64,000 nt of DNA from Rhizophagus irregularis (taxonomy: Eukaryota). The notes under the pieces are model-generated. The model saw nothing but the letters and a program-made list of their open reading frames with translations. It did no database searches and was not told the origin of the DNA. Numbering within the stretch: position 1 is the first letter of the stretch; every line of letters starts with the position of its first letter. Made by a program: the position numbers and the translations under genes. The stretch is taken from NCBI RefSeq assembly GCF_026210795.1, contig NC_089434.1, positions 4,526,001 through 4,590,000 on the forward strand, in the 5' to 3' direction. Of the stretch, positions 28,906 to 40,953 are shown one piece after another.

Positions 28906-30046
28906 AAAAAAAAGGCCCTGTTTTAGCAATATTTTATTTTGTGTGAGGTGATAAATTAGTATATTAATTAGTTGTTATCATCGTTTATTTTTTTAGCATG
29001 TTAAATCTTGAAGCTGAAACTATTACTGTTGAAAATATCGATAATGAAGGAATGTCTTTTCTGTTGATGATGTAGGATATATATATATCCAGAACAAATT
29101 GTTGTAGAATTAACAGTACCTCGATTTAAGACTTCTACTCTATCTACACTTGCCTATCTACACTTGCCTATCTACACTTGCCTATGGATTAGCCCATGAA
29201 GCTGAAAATCCAGCAGAAATGATTAGAAATTTTTTGTACTTTGCTGAAACCTATCCTATCGATTTTGAAAAATGAGTGATCGTAGAAAGACGGTCAATAG
29301 CTCGTTTGGAATCCCCTCGTCGAGACGGTTCGAATGGTACCAAAATCATCTTTCTAACATCGAGTTATTTTTGCCAATTTTGATAGAAGAAATATATTGA
29401 TTTGGATAAATATCAGGTAAATGCAATTTAACCTTATAATTTATCATAAGTAATATGATCTAAGTATTAAATATATTTAATTACTCATTTAGTATTATGA
29501 TGTTACAATCTCTTCTATTGATTCGGAAGAGATTGATGATAGAATAATCTATATGGATGAAATAGAAAAAAGAAAAGAAGGTATATGGAATATGTGGAGA
29601 ATGTAATGCTGCCGTGATAACGAGATCAAGGCTGATGCTAAAGGAGAGGGTCGGTTAGCTTTGTTCGTAATGGGAAGAATAACAAAAGGGTTCTGATGTA
29701 TATGAATGGTGTTATGTAAATTTTCCTTTGTATTAGTTCTGCATCTATTACAAATAAATTGATAACGTGTTACCACAAATAAAAAAAATGAGATCAAGGC
29801 TGATCCGTGAAATAACTGGTTTACGTCCCGTATACACTTTTTTTTTTTTTGATTAAATTTTTATTTAAACAACGGAAATCTTTATTGATAAAATAAATTA
29901 TACAATATATACAAAAAAGGAGGGCTGGGTGAATAGACCGACAGATACTTAAGTTTTTTTTATCAATTGATCAAAATAAATGTGCATCCAATAAATTTGT
30001 AATAAGTATGAATAAACCATTATGTCATTAGGGCGGCCAATACGTG

Positions 30047-31096
30047 ATCCTATTGTCACTCCATTATTCATTAATTTACAAATGTATTTCATAGATTCGT
30101 AAATTAATATCATAACCTAACTTATCTAGCGTTATCTAAAATTGAAGTTGACACCTGGTTCCTTTTGAGCATTGACTTCATCTACCCTGTTAAAAAGTCT
30201 AGACCAGTTGCCTAATGCTAATATTGTTGCCAAGTCTCCTCCTACGTTACGTTCTGTAAGAAAAAGGCAGACAGTACTCTAATATCTTTTGCAGACGAAT
30301 TCGGAAAAGAAAGCTTTACCACTGATATAATCCAATTAGCGATGGTATCTGTAGCCGCGGGTGTATGTGGTAACTTCGAGATCAGAAATAGTACATGTTT
30401 ATTCTTAGGATCCCTCCAAGTTTGGGTTCTATTTAATAAGCACTGTAACGCATTATATGGAATCTTCTTCATATTGTCCCACATAAAGCTTTTTTGCTGA
30501 AGATTTAGATGTACTCAATGAATGTGATCTAACTATTTTGTATTCCTTCGGATCTCTACATTCTAAAGTGTATCCTGAGCTAGATGACTTAATTGTTGTA
30601 ACATTCACCTTCTTTAAGTCCGAAGGTCTACTTGCTGTAACTAGGGCTAACAGGAAGGCTGTTTGATTATCAGTGTGTCTATTTTCTGCTGCTTTTTGAT
30701 GCCAATAAAAGGATTTTTCTAAATTCTTTTCTGTTCCTTTTCCATTGTAATAACATATAGCCAAATTAAATATTGCATCAGTGGACATTTTGTCGTTAGT
30801 TCCCAATTCTTTAATATAATCAAGTGAAGGTGTTATATCTGTAAGGTCATCAGAGTGAATTGGTGGATTATCGATGTGAATAGATAGCATCGTTTTTTTG
30901 CGACATCCGGGTGTGTTTCGATCGAATACCCGTCTACATGTTCGTGGATTTCGGTACGGTAACCCGCGATTGTGTTATAGGCAAATCCTTCCGATAACAT
31001 ATCCACTAAAAAATGTCTGTAGACTAGGTGACATCGTTTTTGATGAGATCGAATCCAATGCCGATATGAAAAGGTTGATAGTTTTCTAAAAAGCCT
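30047..31096 (-). mobile_element. DIRS-type retrotransposon tyrosine recombinase relic, copy 1
   Basis: TAFLLALVTASRPSDL...PKE...LFL...DTIANWI...KDIRVLSA...LGNWS; upstream FAYNTIAG core-binding segment; collinear with 34632-35570. Confidence 0.8.
30669..30783 (-). other. Single 108-nt Sel1-like repeat inserted in the recombinase relic
   Basis: TDAIFNLAICYYNGKGTEKNLEKSFYWHQKAAENRH between two ATCAGTG copies (30669-30675 and 30777-30783); absent from copy 2. Confidence 0.9.
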
Positions 31097-31985
31097 CCAT
31101 AATTTTTGTTGGTGACTTTGGGCAGTTACCTCCGGTATGTGGCGCCCATGTATTCTCAGGACTCTCGAAAATCAGATCATTTATCTGAGGATAGTCGTAA
31201 TGCGTATCAAGAAATTTATAAACTTGAGGCTATGCAAAGACAAACAGGTAACTCGGATAAACAACAACAATTCAGAAATCTGTCATATCACTTACGTGAT
31301 GGAAAGTCTACACGATCCGACTGGGAATTATTAATGACGCGAATTCCAGAAAATATTCCTAAATCAGAAAAAAACTTCTTCATGTTCTAACAACATGGGA
31401 AGAAGTGGATAAATAAACTTCGATTATTAAACCAACCGTTGCTAAGATTCATGCGGTACATACGGGTGGATCTGAAGCTTCTAAGGTCGATTCCGAAACT
31501 GCAAAAGGAATTGAAGCTGAAATATTATTATGCAGAATGCTGCTGGTCTTATAAATAAGGTAATGGGACAATAACAGATATTTTATATAAAGAGAAACCC
31601 GAGTACACCTCTTTACCTGCAGTTATTTTAGTATTTGACAGTATAACGGTCCAACTCTTAGGAATATAGAAGGGATTCCGGTTGTACCTATTGTTCCTAT
31701 AAGACGTATGTGGGAAGGTAAAACCGGAAGTTGCTCTCGTTTGCAATTTCCACTTTCTCTTGCGTGGGCCGTCACGGCTCATAAATCGCAAGGTCTGACT
31801 TTACCAAAAGTTCTTGGGAAGAAGAAATTTGCGGTTGGCTTGTCATTTGTAGTGTTCTTTCTCTTGAAGATATTCTTTTCAAATACTTTAGTTTTAACAG
31901 ACTTGAGCGTATAAAAAATTGTAAAAGGTTGAAAGAGCGAATAGCAGAAGAAACTAGATTAAGTGGAATACAACGATTTAAAATT
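31097..31985 (+). pseudogene. PIF1-family helicase C-terminal relic (probably transposon-borne, Helitron-like)
   Basis: IIFVGDFGQLPPV (motif III), MQRQ, RLQFPLSLAWAVTAHKSQGLTL (motif V), GLSFV; frameshifted, motifs I and II missing. Confidence 0.85.
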
Positions 31986-32189
31986 TTCTCTTTAACCAAA
32001 TTTTTATTTTCAGTTTTTATTTTTTTTTCGTTGAAAAAAGATTATCAGAACTGAATATTAGTGTTACAAAAAAAAAAGGTTATACTGTAATTAGCATTTT
32101 TGTTATTAGTGATACTACTTATGCTTATTTAATATGATACATCATTATTTGATATATTATTACCATCACATTCAATTACCTGAAATTTA

Positions 32190-32900
32190 AATTAACCATC
32201 TTTTTTTCAATCCCCTCCTATTCCTTTCCATAAATTTTCGATCAGATTTGAACTATTGGAAGGCCTTATGGATATTTCTGAATAAGAAGTTTCATTGTTT
32301 CTTTAGATTATACTTAGGGTTATTATTCTAAAAAGATTTTCAACTAAAATTTTATAATAGAAGGTACCATCCATAATACCCGTGAAAAGAAAAAATCCAA
32401 TTGGTCCTTTTGCCAAAAAGTACCTCAAGTATGAACTTTGTAGGTGTTTTACCATAGATTTTTATGGAAACTGGATGCCAACTTTATAAAATACTTTTTA
32501 AGTATTTTATAATATCTGAAAGGTAGTTTTATTGGAAAAAAACAACTTGTTTCCAATTTATATTTTATTATCCATTCCACATAGCATTATCTATGAATTT
32601 CTGTAAAAACTAAAAAGTGGTACAGTTTTTGACATTAAAAACTGTTCTTAAGTAAATATTGAAGTTAAAATAATAATTATTTAAGATTTCTGCAAGTTTA
32701 AAGCATATTAAATATTTGTTTTTTAAAACAAGCTGTTTAAAATGATGTTGTTTTTTAGGAGTTAACTTTTTGGTCTACTAAAAGTCTAAAGAAATACCAT
32801 TTTTGAGTTTTTTTAAGTAATCATAGAATAGAAGTCATTTATGCAAAATCTTAATGTCAAATGCCAAAATTTTATATGAATCTTATTATACTACTCTGTT
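32190..32900 (-). mobile_element. Tc1/IS630-type DDE transposase relic
   Basis: SRPKKLTPK (HTH region), KGPIGFFLFTGIMDGTFYYKIL, NNNPK, and PSNSSNL-IENLWK resembling WPPNSPDLNPIENLW. Confidence 0.65.
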
Positions 32901-34239
32901 ATAATATAAATAATACTTTACATTTACTTAAGAGTTTTTAAATAAGATTAAAATTATATAAATCCAATTAGTAAAAGTGGAATTATTATTTTCCAAAGTT
33001 TTAGTTAATTATTAGTAATTAATTAATATACAAAAATGTTTAAAAAAATATTATATAATTATTATTTAGAATATAGTAAAGAACTTTTTACTACTTTTCT
33101 ACTGTTATAGTATTAGGCAATTAATTGTTAATAACTTATGTAAAATTACTTCCATTTATTTATATCATTTATCAATTTTCTTATTTAATATAATGTATAA
33201 TAGACAAAAAAAAACAATTAGAAAAACAAATATAATAATAAAATCTAAATTTCTTTCACAATATATATCCAATTAATAAAATATTTTATATAATAATGAT
33301 ATTAATATTTATTTGTATAATTGATATGTTTATTTTTATATATGAATTCATATGTGTATTTTATAATTAAAAAATAATACTCTTGAGCTATCTTGTAATA
33401 GTTTTATTATATTATTATGTAATGACCTGTTTACTTTTGCTAGTCTAATTTCTATTTATTATTATATTATATATTATCTATATTATCTCTTACACATACA
33501 TGATCAATCAAAAATCAATTAAACTTAATTGATCATATACAATTGATTTTTTGATTAATCATTAAATTTAAACCATTATTAATAATTGAATTTTATAAAA
33601 ATTTATCATTTTTTACTCATTTCTTATTTTTATTTTTATTTATTTTAAATTAACATTTTTACTATATTTTAAGGTATTTTTTATGCAAAAATTAGAAAAT
33701 AAATTAGTTTTCATATACTAAATTTCCATAATTGACCAATTTGGATAAATTTAAATCAATTACCCTAGCTTTATCTCAAAAAAAAAAAGCACTGGTTAGG
33801 CAGCATTATGCGGAATTATGCACTATTATTATGTGAATAGTATAGTAATAAATAAAATGTGAAAAATAAGATTTTATTTACTCAAAAAAACTAATAAGTC
33901 CTTCAAATAAATATAAACAATGAAAACATTAAGGAATGTAATGGATGTGATGATTTTTACATGAACATACAGTGCTTTTTTTGAAGGTGATACTAGGATA
34001 GATTGATTGAATCAATTAATGATTAATATTAATTAATTCAATTAAAAATCCTCCTCTTAAGTCTTAAATTACTTTATCCAATATTAATCTAAAAATTGCA
34101 TAATTTAGTTTAATAAATTATAACTATGAATAATAATATAGATTAACATTATTATAAATGTATTTTTTTAAATTTAAAAACTTTAAAAATTTGAATTAAT
34201 ACTATTATAAAAAATATAAAAAATGTAATTTTCTTTATA

Positions 34240-34625
34240 AGTATTACTTACACTTATGAAAATTAATATAGTACAAGTTAAAGCATAATTTTTCTAAATA
34301 TATGCAATTAGAAAAAATCCTATTAATTTTATATCCATATTTAAACTTTAAATTTGAACAATTTTTTGATATTACTTTAATTAAATTTAAATTTTTGGCC
34401 TGATAATCTTGAAATTCTAGTGAACACATATATCAATTCTATAATGTTTTCAAGAGATTGTAGGTTTAAAAAAAAACAATCCCACACTTGGTAATTTATA
34501 GAATTCTTTATCAGTATTCAAATGAAAATGGTTTATATTTTTACAATTTTTAAAATTAAATTGTAAATTTGGTTTCTAATAAATTTTTTTTTTGAATAGA
34601 ATCTTCTTCAATAAAAAGTTGCAAG
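34240..34625 (-). pseudogene. F-box/LRR-type protein C-terminal relic abutting the recombinase copy 2
   Basis: NLIKVISKNCSNLK...IFSNCIYLEKL. Confidence 0.4.
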
Positions 34626-34631
34626 TCCAAC

Positions 34632-35900
34632 ATCCTATTGTCCCTAATTTACAAATGTATTTCATAGATTCGTACATTTGTTAAAATTAATATCATAACC
34701 TAACTGATCTAACGTTATCTAAAATCAAAGTTGACACCTGGCTCCTTTCGAGCATTGACTTTATACTCCGATAAAAACGTTGGTATACGGAGTTTCTAGA
34801 CCAGTTGTCTAATACTAATATTGTTGCCAAGTCTCCTCCTACGTTCTGTAAAAAAAGCAGACAACACTCAAATAGCTTTTGCAAACGAATTCGGAGAAAA
34901 AGCTTTACCACTGATTTGATCCAATTAGCGATGGTATCTGTAGCCGCGGGTGTATGTGGTAGCTTCGAGATCAGAAACAGTACATGCTTATTCTTAGGAA
35001 CATCTCTCCAAGTTTGGACTCTATTTAATAAGCACTGTAACGCATTATATGGACATAGTAAAGAATCTTCTTCATATCGTCCTACGTAAAGCTTTTTTGC
35101 AATGAACGGGATCTAGCTATTTTCTACATTCTAAAGTGTATCCTGAGCTCTACAGGAAGGCTGTTTGATTATTAGGTTTCTAATGGACATTTCGTCGTTA
35201 GTTCTCAATTCTTTATATAATCAAGTGAAGGTGTTATATCTATAGGGTCATCAGAGTAGAATTGGTGGAGGATTATGATGTGAATAGATAGCATCGTTTT
35301 TGCGACACGGGTGTGTTTCGATCGAATGCCCGTCTACATGTTCATGGGTTTCACTAACTGCGGTACGGTAACCCACGATTGTGTTATAGGCAAATCCTTT
35401 CGATAACATATCCACTAAAAATTCGCATACGTATTTTAAAGCGCAAGTAGTGGGATACAATGATCGTTCAGCATACCAAGATATCCATGTCTGTAGACTA
35501 GATGACATTGTTTTTGATGAGTTCGAATCCAAATGCCTATATGAAAAGGTTGATAGTTTGTTCTGAAAGCCTTTATTTTGGTACCGCGTCTTGAGATAGT
35601 ACACGCGAGAATTTTTCATTTCGGATTTTGTAGTGGTGTCTCCTCTCTATTCATTAGCTGACTTAATATAATAAATATAAAATAATTTTTGATTCTTTTT
35701 TAACAAAAAAATTTTTTTCAGAAAAAAAAAAAGAAGGTTAAAAATTTTTTTTAAAAAAAGAAACGTACCTACTTATAATTGAATTAGGAATATGGTCTTA
35801 AGCGGTTGGGTGACTTCTCGGCAATAATATCGATGGTGCTACCAACATTTGTAGCATCTTAAACAGTGATATCCTTTCCAATGCAGATCATTATATCTAA
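34632..35900 (-). mobile_element. DIRS-type retrotransposon relic, copy 2 (recombinase plus end of the upstream ORF)
   Basis: SSSLQTWISW...VCEFL..MLSKGFAYNTIVGYRTAVSETH..DGHSIETHP; LDNWSRNSVYQRFY containing the catalytic Tyr region; upstream MLQMLVAPSILLP. Confidence 0.8.
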
Positions 35901-36804
35901 TCGGAGGAGAAGGAATAATACCAAACGGAAGCGGTTTTGATAGAATTTTCTCCGAAATAAACCCAGGAAATAAAAAAAGAAAAAGCCTTGTGGAGATTTC
36001 CCAACTCCTTTCAACAGGGTTTCATATCTGAACAACATTTTAAATTATCTTTATTTAATCATAGAAAATATGGGTGAAAATGTGATTATATATATACCTT
36101 TCAAAAAGATTTGCATGAACTTTTTAAACACATCCATGAATTATAAATTTGAAAATATTTTTTTTTGCATATACTTCAAGTATCGGAGCTTGGACTATCA
36201 TCAGAATTTGGATTATCTAAATCTACTTTATCTGCAGGGTATTCCCACCACTCTTGAGTATCTATCGATTCAAAGCGGAATTTCCAACGAATAAACGGTT
36301 TTGACTAAACTACGCTTCCTAGTTTTGCTTAAGTAATAGATTATCAATTAAAGCCTCTTCGTCGGTTAAAGCCTCTTCGTTTCGTTTAAAGCCTCTTCGT
36401 CGTTTAAATTTTCACCGCCTTCAAGTTTCCCCTGTAATTAGATAATGTTATATTTGAAATCATAATTTCATAATTTTCAAATTGGTAAATAATTATGTGT
36501 TTGGTTAGATTGTGTTAATATGTATTCTTATATAAGATACTTAATAATACTTACCCAAGTACGCAATATCGCGCAGGAACCTTTACCGATAATTATTGTT
36601 ATTGCTGACAGCTGTTATAATTATTCAACAAGGATTGACTGAACTATCAGTAGATCATACTTCATTCTGTTTATAACTCTTTCCGCCTCTAAAAATAAAT
36701 ATTGAATTTCAACCAAAATCAACGATTTATATTATATTCATATCAATAATTTACTTAAACAAATCATAAAATTTAAAAAAAATCTACCCATGTGATATTA
36801 TTAT

Positions 36805-37430
36805 GCGCTCGTTGCAGACATCTCTCTTTGCTCCAAACCCATCAACAAGGTACGCGTATACTGCATTATCTTTATGGTATACCCACCCTGATACGCTCTA
36901 AAATAAACTAATGTCTCACTTGTCGTGTCTTTAAAGACTATTAAAAACAGTATAAATTAACTGATACTTAGCATAATCAAATCTTTATTTGAAGAACAAA
37001 AAAAGGTAAAGCTACGATATACCTGTGCTCAAACCTTAGGTCGATGAATATTTACGGGGGAATGAAGCGTTGCTTTATTTGTTACAACGTTATCTTCTGG
37101 AAGGTGAATGTACCGATATCTCGACCTCCTCTTTTACTACATTAAAGCTTCTTGTACCTTGTTTCATGGTTCTTCAGCGTTATTTTTATTAACACCGGAT
37201 TTTTCTATTGTAGCAGATATCCTATTGAAAAGCGAAGTACAGTCAACTCTCTATAAATGCAACCCCCAGCCCCTCGAAATTGTATATGGGTTGGATATGT
37301 ATTAATGAATAATTATTTTTTTTATTTTTATGTCGCAAAGTCGTAGTACAAATTATACAGATATTAATGAATAATGAATAATTATTAAAATCACATGATT
37401 GTGAGTAATTCAAATTATCGAATCTTAGAT
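36805..37430. repeat. Inverted partner of 24165-24875
   Basis: Direct reverse-complement similarity, including the half-MITE TA|CAGTCAACTCTCTATAAATGC at about 37240. Confidence 0.85.
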
Positions 37431-39037
37431 GTTGATAAAATAAAATTAATTAATATTTTAAAATTAATATTTATATTAGTCATCAACATACTAACTTTCA
37501 AAGATATTATTTCTTTTTATCATTTTCTCACCATCCAGTGATCAGATTGAAATAAAAATCATTAGCAAAAACAAATTAAAATGTTCTAAAGACTAATTTA
37601 GTATTAGGATGCTCTACTTTTCAAAAATTTTATTAAATAATATCTTACATGTGATGGATTCAATAGATTTAAAAAGCCCAACTAATTTTATAGTATTTGT
37701 CATATTTCTAGTAAAGGAAAAAGCATTTCATTAAATTAAGGGACCCGTAAAATTAAATGTTCAATCGATTGTAAAAAAAACTTTCTTTTAATGCACAATC
37801 TGGCGACAATGAAATTTATTTTATTTGGCTAATGAAGAAAACATACAAATAGTAACATCATTTACAAGATCTATCAAATATATGAATGGTATGTATGGAT
37901 GCCATATTATAGCGAATGTATTTAAAGATTCTATTACAATAACTTATTGAGATAATGAAATATTTCTGAGATAATAATCATAAATCTTGCGAGATTAAAA
38001 AGTCCGCTAATAAACATTTTTTCATGATCATCCATTTAGATGAACAATGTATGTCGATTAGTTCTTAAGTTTTAAAATGAAATAATATGAATTATATATA
38101 ACTAAAGATCTTAGGTTACATATAATATTATATAAGGAATTATATCTATAACATATCTACCTGGGGGTCCTGGGGGAAGCTCTTATATTAAAGTGATATT
38201 AGGTAATATCTGACAGTACCCTTATTATCTTCTATTCAAATTAATCATTATACGCCAAATTAAACGTGTTAACGATACAGTTATCGGTGTTGCAAGGTAC
38301 CCAAAATAAACAATTACTGTTTGCTTTGACGGTCAAATTTCTCTGGATCAGAATTTATATATATAAAATTTTTTGTAGAAATTGCAGAATAATTATTATA
38401 AAAAACGTTTATTATAATTTATTAATATAAACTTTATACTAAGCAGCATGACATTGGACTTTAAAAACGTATTTTTATTTACTGCTGTTTATATTTATAA
38501 TATTTAATATTAATATTATCAAATTAAGTTTGAAAAAATTTTGTAGTCTACAAAATTCAATGATTTGTGAAAGAGATTTTTTAGAAATCGTTAACTCAAG
38601 AAAAAGGTGTTTATAAGAAGTTAGTTTATGAAATTTATGCGTTAAGATATTCACTTTCATTTAAAGTTGGTCAACGGAACTTCCGAAAGAACCTTCCCCT
38701 TCGTTAACAACCTCCCATCTCGGTCCCTTTGAATTTTTAATGTTTTGCTGCTTATATTCTGTTGCACGTGTACGCAATCTTGTTGTCCAAACATTATGTT
38801 GTTTAGATATAAATGTGTACTTCTTTGATTGCTTCGATATCTTCGACCTCGGCTTCCGTTCCATCCCAACAGCCACAACACTCGAAACATTTTCACTTAT
38901 TACTTATAATTATTATATTACAAGCTGCGATAACAATTGTGAATAAAATTAAATCTAAATTATTACAAAAAATCTCCCAATTTTGGATAATTAATATTTT
39001 TTGCAACATCGTATAATCATATATTATAATATATCCC

Positions 39038-39158
39038 GCTTCATATAAAATAAATTATAGAAACCTATAAATTTTATAAAAATTAATTATTATCATCATC
39101 CAAACAAGAATATTCACATAATTATTAAAAAATTATAAAGTACACTTACATCAAAAAA
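39038..39158 (-). pseudogene. Fragment of the phosphatase gene (one intron plus short exon flanks)
   Basis: gaaacctataaattttataaaaattaattattat..catccaaacaagaatattca..taattattaaaaa.ttataaagta.acttac.tcaaaaaa matches 11482-11579. Confidence 0.85.
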
Positions 39159-39174
39159 TTTAATACAAAAATAC

Positions 39175-40870
39175 GAATGTTCTTATCTGTCAGATGATCC
39201 GGATATATTTCTTCCCTGTATCTTGACACACGGGTCGCTAGTTCTCTGACAAACGAAGAGACAACATGACCGGATAAAACGTCAGGCCTTAAAAAAAGCC
39301 AAAACACACCAAGAGCCGAGTTGCGAGTTTCTTCTCATGTAAGTTCCACGCGAATGAACTCTTGATAGCGGGTGATAAGGGGGGAAGAACTCTCGCATTC
39401 ACCTGTTTGCGTTATTAAAGATAAAATTATAATCAAAATATAATTCATTCCTATATCGCAATAATACATATTTTAAACCTACCACGGCCATTTGATCACT
39501 CCGGATTGTTGCATAAATTCGTTTTGGTCATTTAGTATTTTGACCCCGGTTCAAACCTTATTGGTACGAAATGAAGACTAACGTCATCATCTCGTCCACC
39601 AGTCTTCCATTCAGTTTCCTCATATATCGTTGATCCTGTTATATACAGGATGTTTTTTTTTTGTTTAGAAAATAAATTCTTATAATTATGTGATATTGCT
39701 AGATGGATCACATAATTTACCGGAATTACGTCGCAAACTTCAAGAGGATGGAAAATGTCCCTTCTTACGACAACGCAAGGAAGGAAGGGATAAATTAAAA
39801 GCTTATTGCGCGCTATTTGGAAATAGGCTCTTACATCGATGGGTATTATCATCTTTTTTAAACATAGTTTGCGATGCGGAAGTTTGTGTTAATCTTTCAA
39901 TATTATAACTAGTTCGGGCTTCGTTTCTATGGTTACCTTTTATTTTGAAGTTTTTGATTGTTTTCTCAACCATTTGATGGTCCCTTTCAGAAAGGCCCCT
40001 ACGTAGTTCGTCAGGAGATCCGAGTCCCAATATTTTGTTACAATTTGTATATGTGGACCACCTTGATAGAAAGCGATTGCACTTAAGTCAATGTTTGGGA
40101 CGGGCGGATTGATAATATCCTCAGCTCTTCCAGTAATAGGACTTGCTTCCTTCTGGGTAAAGAATGATCTACCTACAGTAACATGTGCGGTAGAAACCTT
40201 GTGACCGATTATTACGTCCAGCGCCATTATTACTTATTACATAAATGATTATAATCCATTATGAGATTCATTTTTATTAAAAAGAAAGAAAGGAAAATAA
40301 TAAAAAAACTTACCCGTTCGGCAATTGTTGGTCATGCTGCTTCTTGCTTATAAAAAATTGATTTAGTTCTGCATCACTATGTGCCCAACTCTTTATTTTT
40401 ATCGTAAATTCTTGTGGTGAAGGTCCACTCGTCACGACTTTGTTTTCTAGTTGCACTAAATTTTATTTAATAATATTAATATTCAATACTGACACATTTT
40501 TAACGAAAAATAATTTTTTTTTACTTACTATCGAATATTGGTCTCGCGCATCCAAGGAGTAGTACCATTCTCCCACTATTACTAAACACCAATTTCTCGC
40601 CGCAATAAACTAAACCAAATAGAATAGACTAAAGAAAACCGATAGAATAGACTTAAAGAAAACCAAACAGAATAGACTAAAGAAAACCACATAGAATAGA
40701 CTTAAGAAAACCAAATAGTATAAACTAAGGAAATCAAGTAGACTAAGGAAAACAAAAAAGGCATTGAGTCACAAAACAAGTTCTATATTTTCAGGTGTAA
40801 TCGATACATCGTAATGTAACTTAAATCGGTCTTCCTTCACGTGGTCTTCTTACGAATTCTGTAATCTCCA
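39175..40870 (-). pseudogene. Argonaute relic 2 (N, L1, PAZ, L2 and start of MID; no PIWI)
   Basis: ITEFVRRP..EGRPI, HYDVSITPE, ARPIFD, MALDVII.H....VTVGRSFF, NIDLSAIAFYQGGP, YPFLPCVVVRRDIFHPLEVCDVIP, VNARVLPP, LGSWCVL, SFVREL; introns retained; many stops and frameshifts. Confidence 0.9.
40605..40752. repeat. About 23-bp minisatellite inside the Argonaute relic
   Basis: aaaccaaatagaatagactaaag-like unit, about six copies. Confidence 0.85.
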
Positions 40871-40904
40871 TGATGGATAAGAATATAATAATATTTCACT
40901 GTTA

Positions 40905-40953
40905 CAGTCAGACCTCCATAATTGCACATTGTGCATTTATAGAGGTTTGACTG
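40905..40953. mobile_element. 49-bp TIR-only CAGTC element, TA TSD
   Basis: TA|CAGTCAGACCTCCATAATTGCAC-ATT-GTGCATTTATAGAGGTTTGACTG|TA. Confidence 0.75.

Noticed and set aside
33764..33997. Inverted pair AAAAAAAGCACTG / CAGTGCTTTTTTT
   Set aside because: Short, low complexity, no TSD; cannot define an element
30047..35900. Prophage or bacterial integrase (horizontal transfer or endosymbiont contig)
   Set aside because: The recombinase resembles the DIRS retrotransposon type and is surrounded by spliceosomal-intron genes and eukaryotic TEs
38640..38900. Frameshifted coding-like segment (WDGTEAEVEDIEAIK...RDGRLLTKG)
   Set aside because: Probably a gene relic, but I cannot name the family
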